Source: Candidatus Saccharimonadota bacterium (GTDB lineage Bacteria; Patescibacteriota; Saccharimonadia; Saccharimonadales; Saccharimonadaceae). From it: 64,000 bases of DNA. Both the position numbers and the translations under genes were made by a program. The stretch spans positions 10,272-74,271 of the forward strand of contig VGLK01000005.1 in assembly GCA_016866755.1 (NCBI GenBank). The letters run 5' to 3'. Below are positions 45,287-54,714 of the stretch, in pieces. A model generated the notes under the pieces. It ran no database searches, was not told the DNA's origin, and saw only the letters and a program-made list of their open reading frames with translations. The first letter of the stretch is position 1. Every line of letters begins with the position of its first letter.

Positions 45287-47071
45287 CTAATATTCTCGCA
45301 TCCAGTGCCAGTGAGTCCAAAGGCTATTATTGCGGGTCCAGCACGGAGGGCTAAGCCATGCGTACGCTTGGTTGTAGGTGCCATTTGGGCAGGCAATCAT
45401 GCTTTCAAACAAATCCTTTCCCATGTTGGCACCGCCATTCACGGACGGGTTGTATCCACCGTGAAACGTCAGTTTGTTTGGATGATTATAGGCCATAATT
45501 GCTTGCTCAATAACACGATGCTCTGGGTGATCGTACAAGCCGCATAGGTAGTCGGATTTAGTGGTTGGGCACTTCGGATCCCTAGTGTTGTCCCAATAAT
45601 TACCACTTGCTATATAGTTTTCGGTACTCACGCCGTAATCAACTTGTCGTGCCATGTTGATTGCCTGTGTAGCTTCAGCGGCTGTAAGTGAATTGCTGCC
45701 ATAGTCAAAAACCAGACGGGCTGAATTTGCTCCCTTGTAAAGGCGAAATCCGCCGGCCTGCATGCCGTAATCAGAGACAGTGTGGTAGTTATTGAGGAAC
45801 GCATGCCACGAGCTGACGCGCCGAGCCTTACATTGGCTGCTTCCTTTACCGCCGTTCCTATCGCAGTATGCCGAGTATTCGCCTTGCGTCGTCAGGATAA
45901 ATACTGGATATTCTGACGCGCCGATTGCCGCCCATGCGGCTATTTCGTCGTCAGGGTGGGCAAGTATAAAGTATGAAACGCCATTCGCTAGGCGATTTTT
46001 TATTTGAGAGCCACGCATAATTAAGCTGGTTTGTCGTGCAATATCGCCGTTCACTCGATTTATACCACCAACAATCGTTGCCTTAGATGCGCCTAGGCGT
46101 TGAATCTCGGTCATAACGTTGTCTGGAATATTTTGGGATACGTACAGTAATGCGCCGGGTGTCGGGATTGAGCCGATTAAGATGCCATCAGCGTACGCCG
46201 TGCCATTAGCTATAAATACTTGGTCTGTGCCGTTAGGAAATATCTGTTGAGATAGTGAAACAGCGGTGGCGTATCGATCGGCTCCTCCTCGTCGCGTAAT
46301 GGTTGCACCGGTGGAATTTGCAATAGCTTGGGCGGCCGTTTGACTCACCACAGACACATCGCCAATCACAATAACTTGCTGAGGCTTTAGTCGTTTAAGC
46401 TCGGCCGTAACCACTGCCGGAATACTATCTTTGTTGATGTAGAGCAAAGGGCCTTTTGCGCCTTGTTGAGTTCCAGCAATGGCATCGGCGTAGGCGTCTC
46501 CATTGGATACGTAGACTACGGGTGATGTTTGCGGGTAGTCGGCTTTTGATACGCTCACGGCCGTATCGTAACGACTCTGTCCGGCGAGGCGAGTTAGGCT
46601 TGAGGTGGCTGGTATGCGTGCTTTAACTTGGTTTGCTACGTTTGAATTTACTACTACGTCGCCGCCAACTATTACAACTTTTTGCGGACGCAGACGTCCG
46701 AGCTCCGCGGCTACGTTAGTGGGTAGAGACGAAGTGTTGGTATATAAAATCGGACCCGATGTTTTCATGGCCCCGGCGATAATGCCGTCAGCATAGGCGC
46801 TATGATTGACAATGTACGCCACCGGAGTGCCGGCAGCGTAGTATTTGCGGGATACAGAGACGGACGTATCGATCGCACTTGGTCCACTGAGGCGCTCGAC
46901 TGCTGGATTGACGCGCTGGTGTCGTAAGGTGGTTTTAGGTGAAATGCTCTGAGGATTCACTGCTGCCTGTTCTGCTGATGCATTGCTACTGAAAGGCGTG
47001 ATCGGTAGTATAGTCAAGCAAATCAGCAGGCTGATTTTTGCGCGTAATAAATTATTGTGGCGTAAAGTCAC
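45287..47071 (-). CDS. secreted protein: signal peptide, 3x cell-wall-binding repeat 2 (CWB2), PIG-L/LmbE-family deacetylase
   Basis: Three RL(S/A)G..R(Y)(D)T(A/S)V..S...gap...ADG/ADA...GP(I/L)LY...VV(I)VGG repeats; FILAHPDDE and DHPEHR motifs. Confidence 0.75.
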   Translation of the reverse strand: MTLRHNNLLRAKISLLICLTILPITPFSSNASAEQAAVNPQSISPKTTLRHQRVNPAVERLSGPSAIDTSVSVSRKYYAAGTPVAYIVNHSAYADGIIAGAMKTSGPILYTNTSSLPTNVAAELGRLRPQKVVIVGGDVVVNSNVANQVKARIPATSSLTRLAGQSRYDTAVSVSKADYPQTSPVVYVSNGDAYADAIAGTQQGAKGPLLYINKDSIPAVVTAELKRLKPQQVIVIGDVSVVSQTAAQAIANSTGATITRRGGADRYATAVSLSQQIFPNGTDQVFIANGTAYADGILIGSIPTPGALLYVSQNIPDNVMTEIQRLGASKATIVGGINRVNGDIARQTSLIMRGSQIKNRLANGVSYFILAHPDDEIAAWAAIGASEYPVFILTTQGEYSAYCDRNGGKGSSQCKARRVSSWHAFLNNYHTVSDYGMQAGGFRLYKGANSARLVFDYGSNSLTAAEATQAINMARQVDYGVSTENYIASGNYWDNTRDPKCPTTKSDYLCGLYDHPEHRVIEQAIMAYNHPNKLTFHGGYNPSVNGGANMGKDLFESMIACPNGTYNQAYAWLSPPCWTRNNSLWTHWHWMREY

Positions 47072-47203
47072 AGTTTGAGTCTCCTAAACTTTATATTTAG
47101 CATACTGTAACATTTTATTTACTATAAATCAATAAAGTTTCTATGTATTCCCTTGGCGGTTTCACTGCAAATGGGGCTGGACTTTTTGGTATATAAAATA
47201 GTA

Positions 47204-47494
47204 ATGAAATCCCATATTCCCGGCAATCGCGGCAACTCACCTCGTTCGCTCCTTGCGATAGAATCGAGAAATTTCTTGCTAAAGATTTTCGTGGGGTGCA
47301 GCGGGTAGCGATAGGGTTATATTAAATTCGATATTCTGACGTCGATTTCTCACGGCAAATACACAGCCGTCAGCAGCCGTGCGTATATGTCGAATGGGGC
47401 AATCTTAAACTCTTACGACCTGTACAAATTTACAAGTACTGATAGTCAAGCAAAGCTTCGCAAAATAACATCGTACGTAGTTGATACGCTATAA
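47204..47494 (+). pseudogene. decayed paralogue of 43906..44295
   Basis: The first ~85 nt and last ~170 nt align with 43906-44295, together with the upstream CTGGACTTTTTGGTATATAAAATAGTAATG. There is an internal deletion and an in-frame TAG after 34 codons. Confidence 0.75.
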
Positions 47495-47501
47495 TTAATA
47501 C

Positions 47502-48287
47502 ATGAAACAATTATGGCAACTAGGTAATATACTTTCACTAATTTTTGCGCTTGTCGCTAATTTTTTGGTAGGTGCGCAAATACTAGGCCTCCCATCAATT
47601 AATCAGATCTCCGACAAGTACGCTACGCTTCTAACGCCAGCTGGCTATGCCTTTTCGATATGGTCGCTGATATACGTATTTTTAATTGTCTTTGTTATTT
47701 ACCAGGCTAGGGATATAGTAAAGCCACGCCAAGAAAATAATCTGCCCCGCTTAGTCGGTCCGTTTTTTATTATCGCCAGTATATGTAACGGCTTGTGGAC
47801 ATATGTATTTGTTAATGAAATGGTAGGCCTGTCGGTTTTCGTTCTCTTGCTCTTAGCTGGGTCGCTTTATGCTTTATTGTGGCGTCTTAAAATTGCTATC
47901 ACCGATCCACCGATAAAAACCATTTTATGCGTTTGGTGGCCGCTAATGATTTATACGGGTTGGGTGACGGTGGCTAGTTTAGTAAACGCTGCTAGTTGGT
48001 TGGAATCGTTAAATATAACGCTCACCCCAACAATAGCTAGTATTGTGTTAATTGTATTCGCCATTATCCTTCTAATTCTGCTTATTAAACGCAACGTACG
48101 CGAACTGCTACTTGCCTGCATATGGGGCATTGTGGCGATAGGTGTTCAACAAATGCAGTTGTTGGGTAGCCAAAGAGTAGTTATTACTGCATTTACAGTG
48201 GCTGGTCTACTCCTGATTGCGGTAGGCGTTCATGCCTATATAAACCGGAAGTCAAACCTATTGGCAAGGCTCAGTAAAGGTCGGTAA
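47502..48287 (+). CDS. TspO/MBR-like tryptophan-rich membrane protein (long form)
   Basis: LTPAGYAFSIWSLIY motif; 7-8 hydrophobic spans. Confidence 0.5.
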   Translation: MKQLWQLGNILSLIFALVANFLVGAQILGLPSINQISDKYATLLTPAGYAFSIWSLIYVFLIVFVIYQARDIVKPRQENNLPRLVGPFFIIASICNGLWTYVFVNEMVGLSVFVLLLLAGSLYALLWRLKIAITDPPIKTILCVWWPLMIYTGWVTVASLVNAASWLESLNITLTPTIASIVLIVFAIILLILLIKRNVRELLLACIWGIVAIGVQQMQLLGSQRVVITAFTVAGLLLIAVGVHAYINRKSNLLARLSKGR

Positions 48288-48357
48288 AGCAAAATTTTTG
48301 CATAAATAATACTGTAGCTATTACGAAAAATACAAGTTATATAAATAAGCATTTAGA

Positions 48358-48386
48358 GTCCGCGACCTGTAAACGGTAGCCAAGAC
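48358..48386 (+). repeat. R-family repeat copy R5 (diverged core only)
   Basis: GTCCGCGACCTGTAAACGGTAGCCAAGACA. Confidence 0.6.
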
Positions 48387-48750
48387 ATGATAGATAAAAT
48401 TAGAGTAAGGATTGAGCTCATGGTTAATGATACTAATCTCGGCGTGAGCGTTGGCTTATAGAGAATAATTATTAAAAAAATGTAAAGTAGTTGTATTAAA
48501 ATGAACAATTAATTGCTTTTAGCCCGACTAGAAAAAGAGGCAAATTAATTTATGTAATTATATGATATGTAACAAGTGAAATATAGCTAGAGTAGTAACT
48601 TATTAAAATACATTATAATAAGCCTGTCTTGTTTTGCTGTGGCTATAACACCGTCTATTTTAGTGAGCGTCAGAATGGTGTTGTGTACTTGAGAAATTGC
48701 TTATCTGATAAGTTAGCTTGTGCGCAAATTACTCATGCTATTATTAATGT

Positions 48751-49809
48751 ATGAAAAATGACAATACTCCTCGGCATACCCCACATCAGCCCCGTTCGAA
48801 GACTGACGGTGTGCCACTGCAGACACCTACGCCTACGCGACAAGCAACTAGATGGTATAAGTCGACACTGTTCGTTGTACTACTTCTTGTTTTTATTCCG
48901 CCACTCGGACTTATACTTATGTGGCTAGCTGCCCCATGGAAAAAATACATAAAGGTGCTCGTAACGATACCAGTTATTTTTAGCTCCGCAGTATTTTTGC
49001 TAATATCTGCTACTATTGCCCAGTCGGCAATAACACAGATTGATACATTAAAGAACGAACGAGCAAGGATGGAGCAGTTCTTGGAAGAGAAGTATGGTAA
49101 AAACTTTTCTATAAAGAATGGCAAAATTGTCAATCGTGGCGACGCATTATTAGGATTTAACTTTAAAACTTACGAAGCAGAGGTGTCACCGATGGACGAT
49201 GATAGCGTAGTCTTTACTGCTTCTCGCATAGTAAAAGGGCAGTCGCTAGATGGAGGAGAAAGTTCGCCAGATAAACTGAATTATTCAGATGATTATTTAC
49301 TACAGTCGTGGACCCGTGAGCTTGAAGAAGGAGTGGATAAGGTTGTAATGAATCAACCTATTGGAGCGACTGATGTTAACTTTCGTGTAGGGTTTACCAA
49401 AACAAGAGCAAGCATAGCCGAGTTTTATGACAAAATTTGGGGAACCGCACCTACCTATCAGAAGCTTCCTCTTGAGTTAAAACAAGAACTTATCTTGATG
49501 AGCGACATTAAAGCTGCAGGACAGGTTGATTCTAGTAATATTGAGGATTATGCGTCAACAATGATTGCCGTGCGAGACTGGCTCGATCCAGATAGGCAGG
49601 GTCTAGCTGTGCGAGTTAATTCATTCGAAATATACAACCGAAAAGAAGATAAAAATCCTCGTTGGGAGTGGCAAAATGTAGGGTTTATAAAGCTAGATAA
49701 AGTTGAATCAGTACATGAACTTACGCCATATTTTATACAGTGGGGTCCAGATACTGGACGGTACTATAACCCAAAGTCTCGTGAGTTTGATATGAGACAT
49801 CCCGAATAG
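48751..49809 (+). CDS. membrane-anchored hypothetical protein
   Basis: 352 aa; Pro/Thr-rich N-terminus, two TM helices, soluble C-terminal domain. Confidence 0.6.
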   Translation: MKNDNTPRHTPHQPRSKTDGVPLQTPTPTRQATRWYKSTLFVVLLLVFIPPLGLILMWLAAPWKKYIKVLVTIPVIFSSAVFLLISATIAQSAITQIDTLKNERARMEQFLEEKYGKNFSIKNGKIVNRGDALLGFNFKTYEAEVSPMDDDSVVFTASRIVKGQSLDGGESSPDKLNYSDDYLLQSWTRELEEGVDKVVMNQPIGATDVNFRVGFTKTRASIAEFYDKIWGTAPTYQKLPLELKQELILMSDIKAAGQVDSSNIEDYASTMIAVRDWLDPDRQGLAVRVNSFEIYNRKEDKNPRWEWQNVGFIKLDKVESVHELTPYFIQWGPDTGRYYNPKSREFDMRHPE

Positions 49810-50004
49810 AAGCGTTAGGATGAAGATCATTTAATGACCTAAGGATTATGCGTCTGAGTTTATGGTGATTATAAATTCATCTCTCTTTAATAAGATTGGT
49901 TTGTTGCCAACTTAAAACTACATAGTCTGTTTACATGGCGTAAATTAGACCGAGTAGCTAAACCCTTATCGAGTCGTCTAGCCGATTATTGATACAATAC
50001 TAAT

Positions 50005-50436
50005 ATGAAAGAAATGCAGTTTAAAATTAAAATAAATGCCACAAGAGAAAAAGTTTGGGGCACTCTGTGGCGCGATAAAACCCTACGGGAATGGGCTGGC
50101 TTGGTAGATCCGGGAACGTACATGGCTGGAGAACTTAATGAGGGTAACACGGTGCAATTTATATCTGGAGAGGGCTATGGTGTGACGAGTTTGGTTGCAA
50201 AATTAGTACCAAATGAATACATACTTTTTAAACATCAAGCCGATACACAAGATAAAGGTTTGTATAGTCGTGAGGACCAATGGACGGGAGGTAAAGAAAG
50301 TTACTCTCTTACGCATAAAGACGGCATTACAACTTTAGTTATGACCTTTGATGTACCGACAGAATTAGAGCAGGTGATGAGCAGTAGTTATCCTAAAGCT
50401 TTGCAGCGAGTTAAGGAATTATCTGAAAATAATTAA
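50005..50436 (+). CDS. SRPBCC/AHSA1-like protein
   Basis: 143 aa; REKVWGTLW..., START-like pattern. Confidence 0.6.
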   Translation: MKEMQFKIKINATREKVWGTLWRDKTLREWAGLVDPGTYMAGELNEGNTVQFISGEGYGVTSLVAKLVPNEYILFKHQADTQDKGLYSREDQWTGGKESYSLTHKDGITTLVMTFDVPTELEQVMSSSYPKALQRVKELSENN

Positions 50437-50466
50437 TTTAGGGAAGCGAATAAAATAGAACAGTCG

Positions 50467-51096
50467 CTACTGTGATTTGTTAATTTTGGCACTACGCAGG
50501 CGCGAAGCGATAAAATAGGTGATACCCGCTAACACAAGTGCAATGACGACATATTGGAAATAACTAACGTATTCAGCGACAAGATGAAAATTTTCACCAA
50601 GTATAAACCCAATAGTAACAAGAGTGCTGTTCCAGATAAGGCTTCCGGCTGCGGTGTAGAGAATAAATAATGTCATATTCATGCGCTCTACGCCAGCGGG
50701 TATAGATATTAGACTGCGAAAGATTGGCACCATACGACCAAAAAACACAGTTTTAACCTCGTGCTTAATAAACCAAGCTTCAGTTTTGTCAACGTCTTTC
50801 ATGCTTACCAGCGGCATTTTCTGAAAAATATAACGCGTCCTCTCTCGTCCTAAAATTGCCCCCACATAGTACAGGGCAATTGCGCCAATAACTGAACCTA
50901 AGGTCGCCCAAAATATCACACCAATTAGAGTGAACTCCCCTTGGCTGGCGGTAAATCCAGCTAGTGGCAAAATAATTTCGCTAGGGATTGGTGGAAAAAG
51001 ATTTTCAAGCAAGACAAGTAAGCCAACTCCTGGTTCGCCGAGTCGTTCCATTACAGCTGTAACCCACGCCTCAATATCTTTAAAAATACCTAACAT
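50467..51096 (-). CDS. DedA-family membrane protein
   Basis: LENLFPPIPSEIILPLAGF and FFGRMVPIFRSLISIPAG. Confidence 0.85.
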   Translation of the reverse strand: MLGIFKDIEAWVTAVMERLGEPGVGLLVLLENLFPPIPSEIILPLAGFTASQGEFTLIGVIFWATLGSVIGAIALYYVGAILGRERTRYIFQKMPLVSMKDVDKTEAWFIKHEVKTVFFGRMVPIFRSLISIPAGVERMNMTLFILYTAAGSLIWNSTLVTIGFILGENFHLVAEYVSYFQYVVIALVLAGITYFIASRLRSAKINKSQ

Positions 51097-51168
51097 AATA
51101 TAAGTATACTGTATTGATGGATAATTACCTTAGCTGATATTTTTAAACTCTAAAATATATGCCGAAAA

Positions 51169-52143
51169 TTATTTACTAGCCCCTTGGCCTTCAATTTCTT
51201 TCATCTCTTGCTTAAAATCTTGCGTTTCAATATCGTCATGTTCTTTGGCTACGCCAATTCGTTCAAGAATAATTACAATTACAAAACCTGCAACCATAAG
51301 TAGAAGCGCCCACAGGAGAGAGACTTCTAGCTGTGGCAAAATATTGCTCACCGCGCCGCTTGTGTCGGTGGATTGCCACGGCCAAATTCGGCGCAGTGAA
51401 CCGGCCATTACACCAATTAAAAAAGCAATAACAGCAAAATGGTAATGTTTTAAAAGCCAGGTTAGTAAGCGCACAAACAGCGCGAGGCCAATGATTGCGC
51501 CAGCTGCAAAAAAGACTAATGTGGCAAAGTTACGGTCGGCTACGGCGCTAATCACCGTTTCATATTGACCAAGAAGCACCATAATGAGTGAGCCAGAGAT
51601 TCCGGGTAAAATCATAGCCGTTATGGCAATTGCGCCGGTAGCAAACAGGGCAAGTGGGGCATCGCTACCACCAATTGAAGGTAGGCCTACAATAATAAAC
51701 GTAAGTGCAAAACCAAGTATAAGCAGTAGGCTACGGCGAACCGTCCACTGGGTAATACGTCGCGACACAATATAGACAGAGCCAAGTACTAATCCAAAAA
51801 AAAGCGCCCACACTAAGGTTGGTTGAGTCTCAAGTAGGAAAGAAACGATATGGACTAGGCCAAATATTGCTAGTACGATGCCAATGCCAAGCGGTAGCAA
51901 AAATGAAAATGGTATGAGACTAAATGCTTGTTTAAGCTTGCCGGCTAAAATAAGTTTTGGCACCTGACCAGTAACAAGTTTGATGGTGTAGAGAAGTTCA
52001 TCGTAAATACCAAACAAAAAAGCAATAGTACCGCCCGATACTCCCGGAATTAAATCGGCTATTCCCATAGTGAGTCCGGTAATAAACAGGCGAATTTTGC
52101 GTTTTTCGGGTGCTGGCTGAGTAAAGGGAGAGGATTTTGTCAT
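51169..52143 (-). CDS. DUF368-family membrane protein
   Basis: GIADLIPGVSGGTIAFLFGIYDEL and a second ILPGISGSLIMVLLGQY half. Confidence 0.85.
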   Translation of the reverse strand: MTKSSPFTQPAPEKRKIRLFITGLTMGIADLIPGVSGGTIAFLFGIYDELLYTIKLVTGQVPKLILAGKLKQAFSLIPFSFLLPLGIGIVLAIFGLVHIVSFLLETQPTLVWALFFGLVLGSVYIVSRRITQWTVRRSLLLILGFALTFIIVGLPSIGGSDAPLALFATGAIAITAMILPGISGSLIMVLLGQYETVISAVADRNFATLVFFAAGAIIGLALFVRLLTWLLKHYHFAVIAFLIGVMAGSLRRIWPWQSTDTSGAVSNILPQLEVSLLWALLLMVAGFVIVIILERIGVAKEHDDIETQDFKQEMKEIEGQGASK

Positions 52144-52206
52144 ACTCTACAGTATACGTGCGACGGAAGGGTAAGGTAAATAGATTTTGTATAGAATATT
52201 AGTAGG

Positions 52207-52485
52207 TTACTGGTTTGAATCAGCTTTTCTATGCCCGCAACCACCCCAGCAGCAGGGTCGGCGCATGCCAGCGTTTAGTTCACTGCCCATTCGTTCAATG
52301 CGGCGCGTTCTGGTTTGAGGGCGTTTAGCCGATTCGATCCAACAAATCCACTCGTTACGGGCTAGCGGTGTAAGGTTTTGCCAAATTTTTTCGTGACTTT
52401 GAGAGGCTAGCGCAATACGCATATCGGAGGGTAGTGTGTGCACCACACCGTTTTTAAGAGTTTTGGGTGAAGATAAATCTTTCAT
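52207..52485 (-). CDS. YdeI/OmdA-like protein
   Basis: LTPLARNEWICWIESAKRPQTRTRRIERM; ATG 52485 preferred over GTG 52494. Confidence 0.6.
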   Translation of the reverse strand: MKDLSSPKTLKNGVVHTLPSDMRIALASQSHEKIWQNLTPLARNEWICWIESAKRPQTRTRRIERMGSELNAGMRRPCCWGGCGHRKADSNQ

Positions 52486-52527
52486 TAACCACAACTATAT
52501 CACGGCCTTGTGTAATATACTAAGGCA

Positions 52528-52968
52528 ATGAATAACACAGAGTGGGAAGCGTTGGTTGAACGAGTCGGGGTAGTGGCTGCGTGCGTGGTAGAAAAAGACG
52601 GCAGGTACTTAGTTGTACAAGAAAGCCCAGACGGAAGAAAGGTGTGGAACGTACCTGCGGGCCATGTAGACAAAGGCGAAACACTTGAGGAGGCTGCGGT
52701 TCGCGAGACAAAAGAAGAGACAGGATATGACGTGCGCTTAATTAAACAAATAGCACTGTACCACGAATCGGCTACAAAATCGGTTAAACACGTATACGAG
52801 GCGGTAGTTATTGGCGGTAGGGCTAAACCGCAAGAAGGTGAAATTATAGACGTTGCATGGTTAACCTACAGTGAGCTGGCAGATATAGAGCGCTGCGGTG
52901 ATTTTAGGCGGCCATGGGTTTGGGATGTTATCTCGCGTCATCATGCAGCTTTACACTCTAATGCCTAA
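52528..52968 (+). CDS. NUDIX hydrolase
   Basis: GHVDKGETLEEAAVRETKEETG Nudix box. Confidence 0.9.
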   Translation: MNNTEWEALVERVGVVAACVVEKDGRYLVVQESPDGRKVWNVPAGHVDKGETLEEAAVRETKEETGYDVRLIKQIALYHESATKSVKHVYEAVVIGGRAKPQEGEIIDVAWLTYSELADIERCGDFRRPWVWDVISRHHAALHSNA

Positions 52969-53007
52969 AAGCGTGGTGTCGGCTTAGTATTTTGTTATAG
53001 TAACAGT

Positions 53008-53667
53008 ATGAGTATTGCTGGTTTTTTTCGTGCCACTAAACTAACATTGGTTGAAAAAATACCTGAGAATAGCGACGTGGTAACATTTTACTTTGCACCG
53101 GCTCGTCCCCTACGACATCGCGCTGGGCAGCACGGATTGTTTATGCTGCCACATCTTCAGGGCGCGCGGGTGTTTTCGCTCGCCTCGGCACCCAGCGAAA
53201 AATATGTTGCTATTAGTACGCATATACGGGCAGGCAGCGTTTATAAACAACATTTGGCCGCTATGCGCAAGGGTGATACACTTACGCTGCTTGGCCCCAC
53301 GCTTAATTTTACGTTTATGCCGCAAGTGTCGCGTTATGTGTTTGTTGCTCAAGGTATTGGAATAACGCCGTTCCGCTCTATGCTACTTGAGGCTGAGGCA
53401 CAAAATATGCAAATTGAAACTACGTTGATTCACGTTAGTAGCGGAGCGCATTTGTTTCGCCGCGAGACCGAAACAGCTGCCACACACGCCTACTACTCGT
53501 CTACATCTAAAGAGCTTACAAAGCAGCTTTTAAAACTGCCTAAAAGCTATGAGGTTCAGTACTATTTATCTGGCAGCCCGGTGTTTATACGTGCTGCCAA
53601 ACAAACGCTTATTGATAGTGGAGTAAGTCGTCGCTGCATAAAAACCGATGGATTTCATGGGTATTAA
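53008..53667 (+). CDS. FNR-like FAD/NAD(P)-binding oxidoreductase
   Basis: RVFSLAS (RxYS-like) and AQGIGITPFRSM. Confidence 0.7.
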   Translation: MSIAGFFRATKLTLVEKIPENSDVVTFYFAPARPLRHRAGQHGLFMLPHLQGARVFSLASAPSEKYVAISTHIRAGSVYKQHLAAMRKGDTLTLLGPTLNFTFMPQVSRYVFVAQGIGITPFRSMLLEAEAQNMQIETTLIHVSSGAHLFRRETETAATHAYYSSTSKELTKQLLKLPKSYEVQYYLSGSPVFIRAAKQTLIDSGVSRRCIKTDGFHGY

Positions 53668-53674
53668 CAAGGCG

Positions 53675-54523
53675 TTACTTTTTTAAAAAGCTAATAAGCG
53701 CATCGTTAAATTCATCAGTATGGCTAACGTTTATGCCGTGTGGGCCGCCAGCAAGCAGCCGTAGTTCGCTGTGAGTAATTGCTTGGTGTGTGCGTGCACC
53801 AGAGCCTTCAAACGGCACGATTCCGTCAGCGTCGCCATGGATTACCAGCGTGGGAACGGTAATTTTCTGTAAATCATCGCGAAAATCGCTTATACCGAAT
53901 GATTGCATCGCCTCAAGAGCTGCCACTTTATCGGCTTTTTTACACAAAGAAATAGCCGCTTGGCGCTCATTTTCGCTTACTAAAATGTTTCCATCCGCAT
54001 TGGCCGAAAAGAATTCTTTAGTAAATTGATCAAAGAAAGCATCTGAATCGGCTGTTAATTGCGCAGTCATTTCAGCTGCTTTTGATTTTTCAAGTGGACC
54101 TTCTGGATTGTTTGGTAGATTCATCATCATTGGCGGTATTGCGGCTGCAAATACTACGCTATGAATGCGCTCTTCGCCATACTTTGCAATATAGCGCGCT
54201 ACCTCACCGCCACCCATTGAAAAGCCAACTAGGGTTACATTGTTAAGATCAAGCTCTTTAAGTAAGCCATGCAAATCTTCGGCCAGTGTGTCGTAATCGT
54301 AGCCAGTTTTTGGCTTATCGCTATCGCCAAATCCACGCCGGTCGTAGGTGATGGTTCTAAACCCGGCACGTTGCAGAGCGGAGGTTTGAAGTTTCCACGA
54401 TTCGCCCGAGAGCGGCCAGCCATGAATTAATACAACTGGCCGTCCGTCGCTGCGGCTATCATTAATATGTATTTTTACATCTTTAAGCCCTAATAGTCGA
54501 TCATTTACAATTAGCTCTGCCAT
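53675..54523 (-). CDS. alpha/beta hydrolase (non-haem haloperoxidase/arylesterase-like)
   Basis: VLIHGWPLSGESW, YDRRGFGDS, GFSMGGGE; ATG 54523 preceded by GGAGG. Confidence 0.85.
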   Translation of the reverse strand: MAELIVNDRLLGLKDVKIHINDSRSDGRPVVLIHGWPLSGESWKLQTSALQRAGFRTITYDRRGFGDSDKPKTGYDYDTLAEDLHGLLKELDLNNVTLVGFSMGGGEVARYIAKYGEERIHSVVFAAAIPPMMMNLPNNPEGPLEKSKAAEMTAQLTADSDAFFDQFTKEFFSANADGNILVSENERQAAISLCKKADKVAALEAMQSFGISDFRDDLQKITVPTLVIHGDADGIVPFEGSGARTHQAITHSELRLLAGGPHGINVSHTDEFNDALISFLKK

Positions 54524-54714
54524 AATGCCTCCGATCATTACTTAGTGTAATTTAATTGTAGTTTATATATGGCGCACTGACTGTAAGTAATATTACGCCG
54601 TAGCTAACGGCACCCTGTGGATATTCGCTCGGCTATAACAAAATATGTAATAAATCCCACGTTGTTATTATGCAAGGCTTTATATACTAAAAAAATAAAC
54701 GAGAGGAGGATACT

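Noticed and set aside
48400-48750. 350-nt AT-rich gap with small palindromes (for example CTTATC-T-GATAAG near 48700) as a possible ncRNA or origin
   Set aside because: No repeated boxes, conserved structure or second copy supports it. It is most simply a promoter region for 48751..49809 at the edge of the accessory region.
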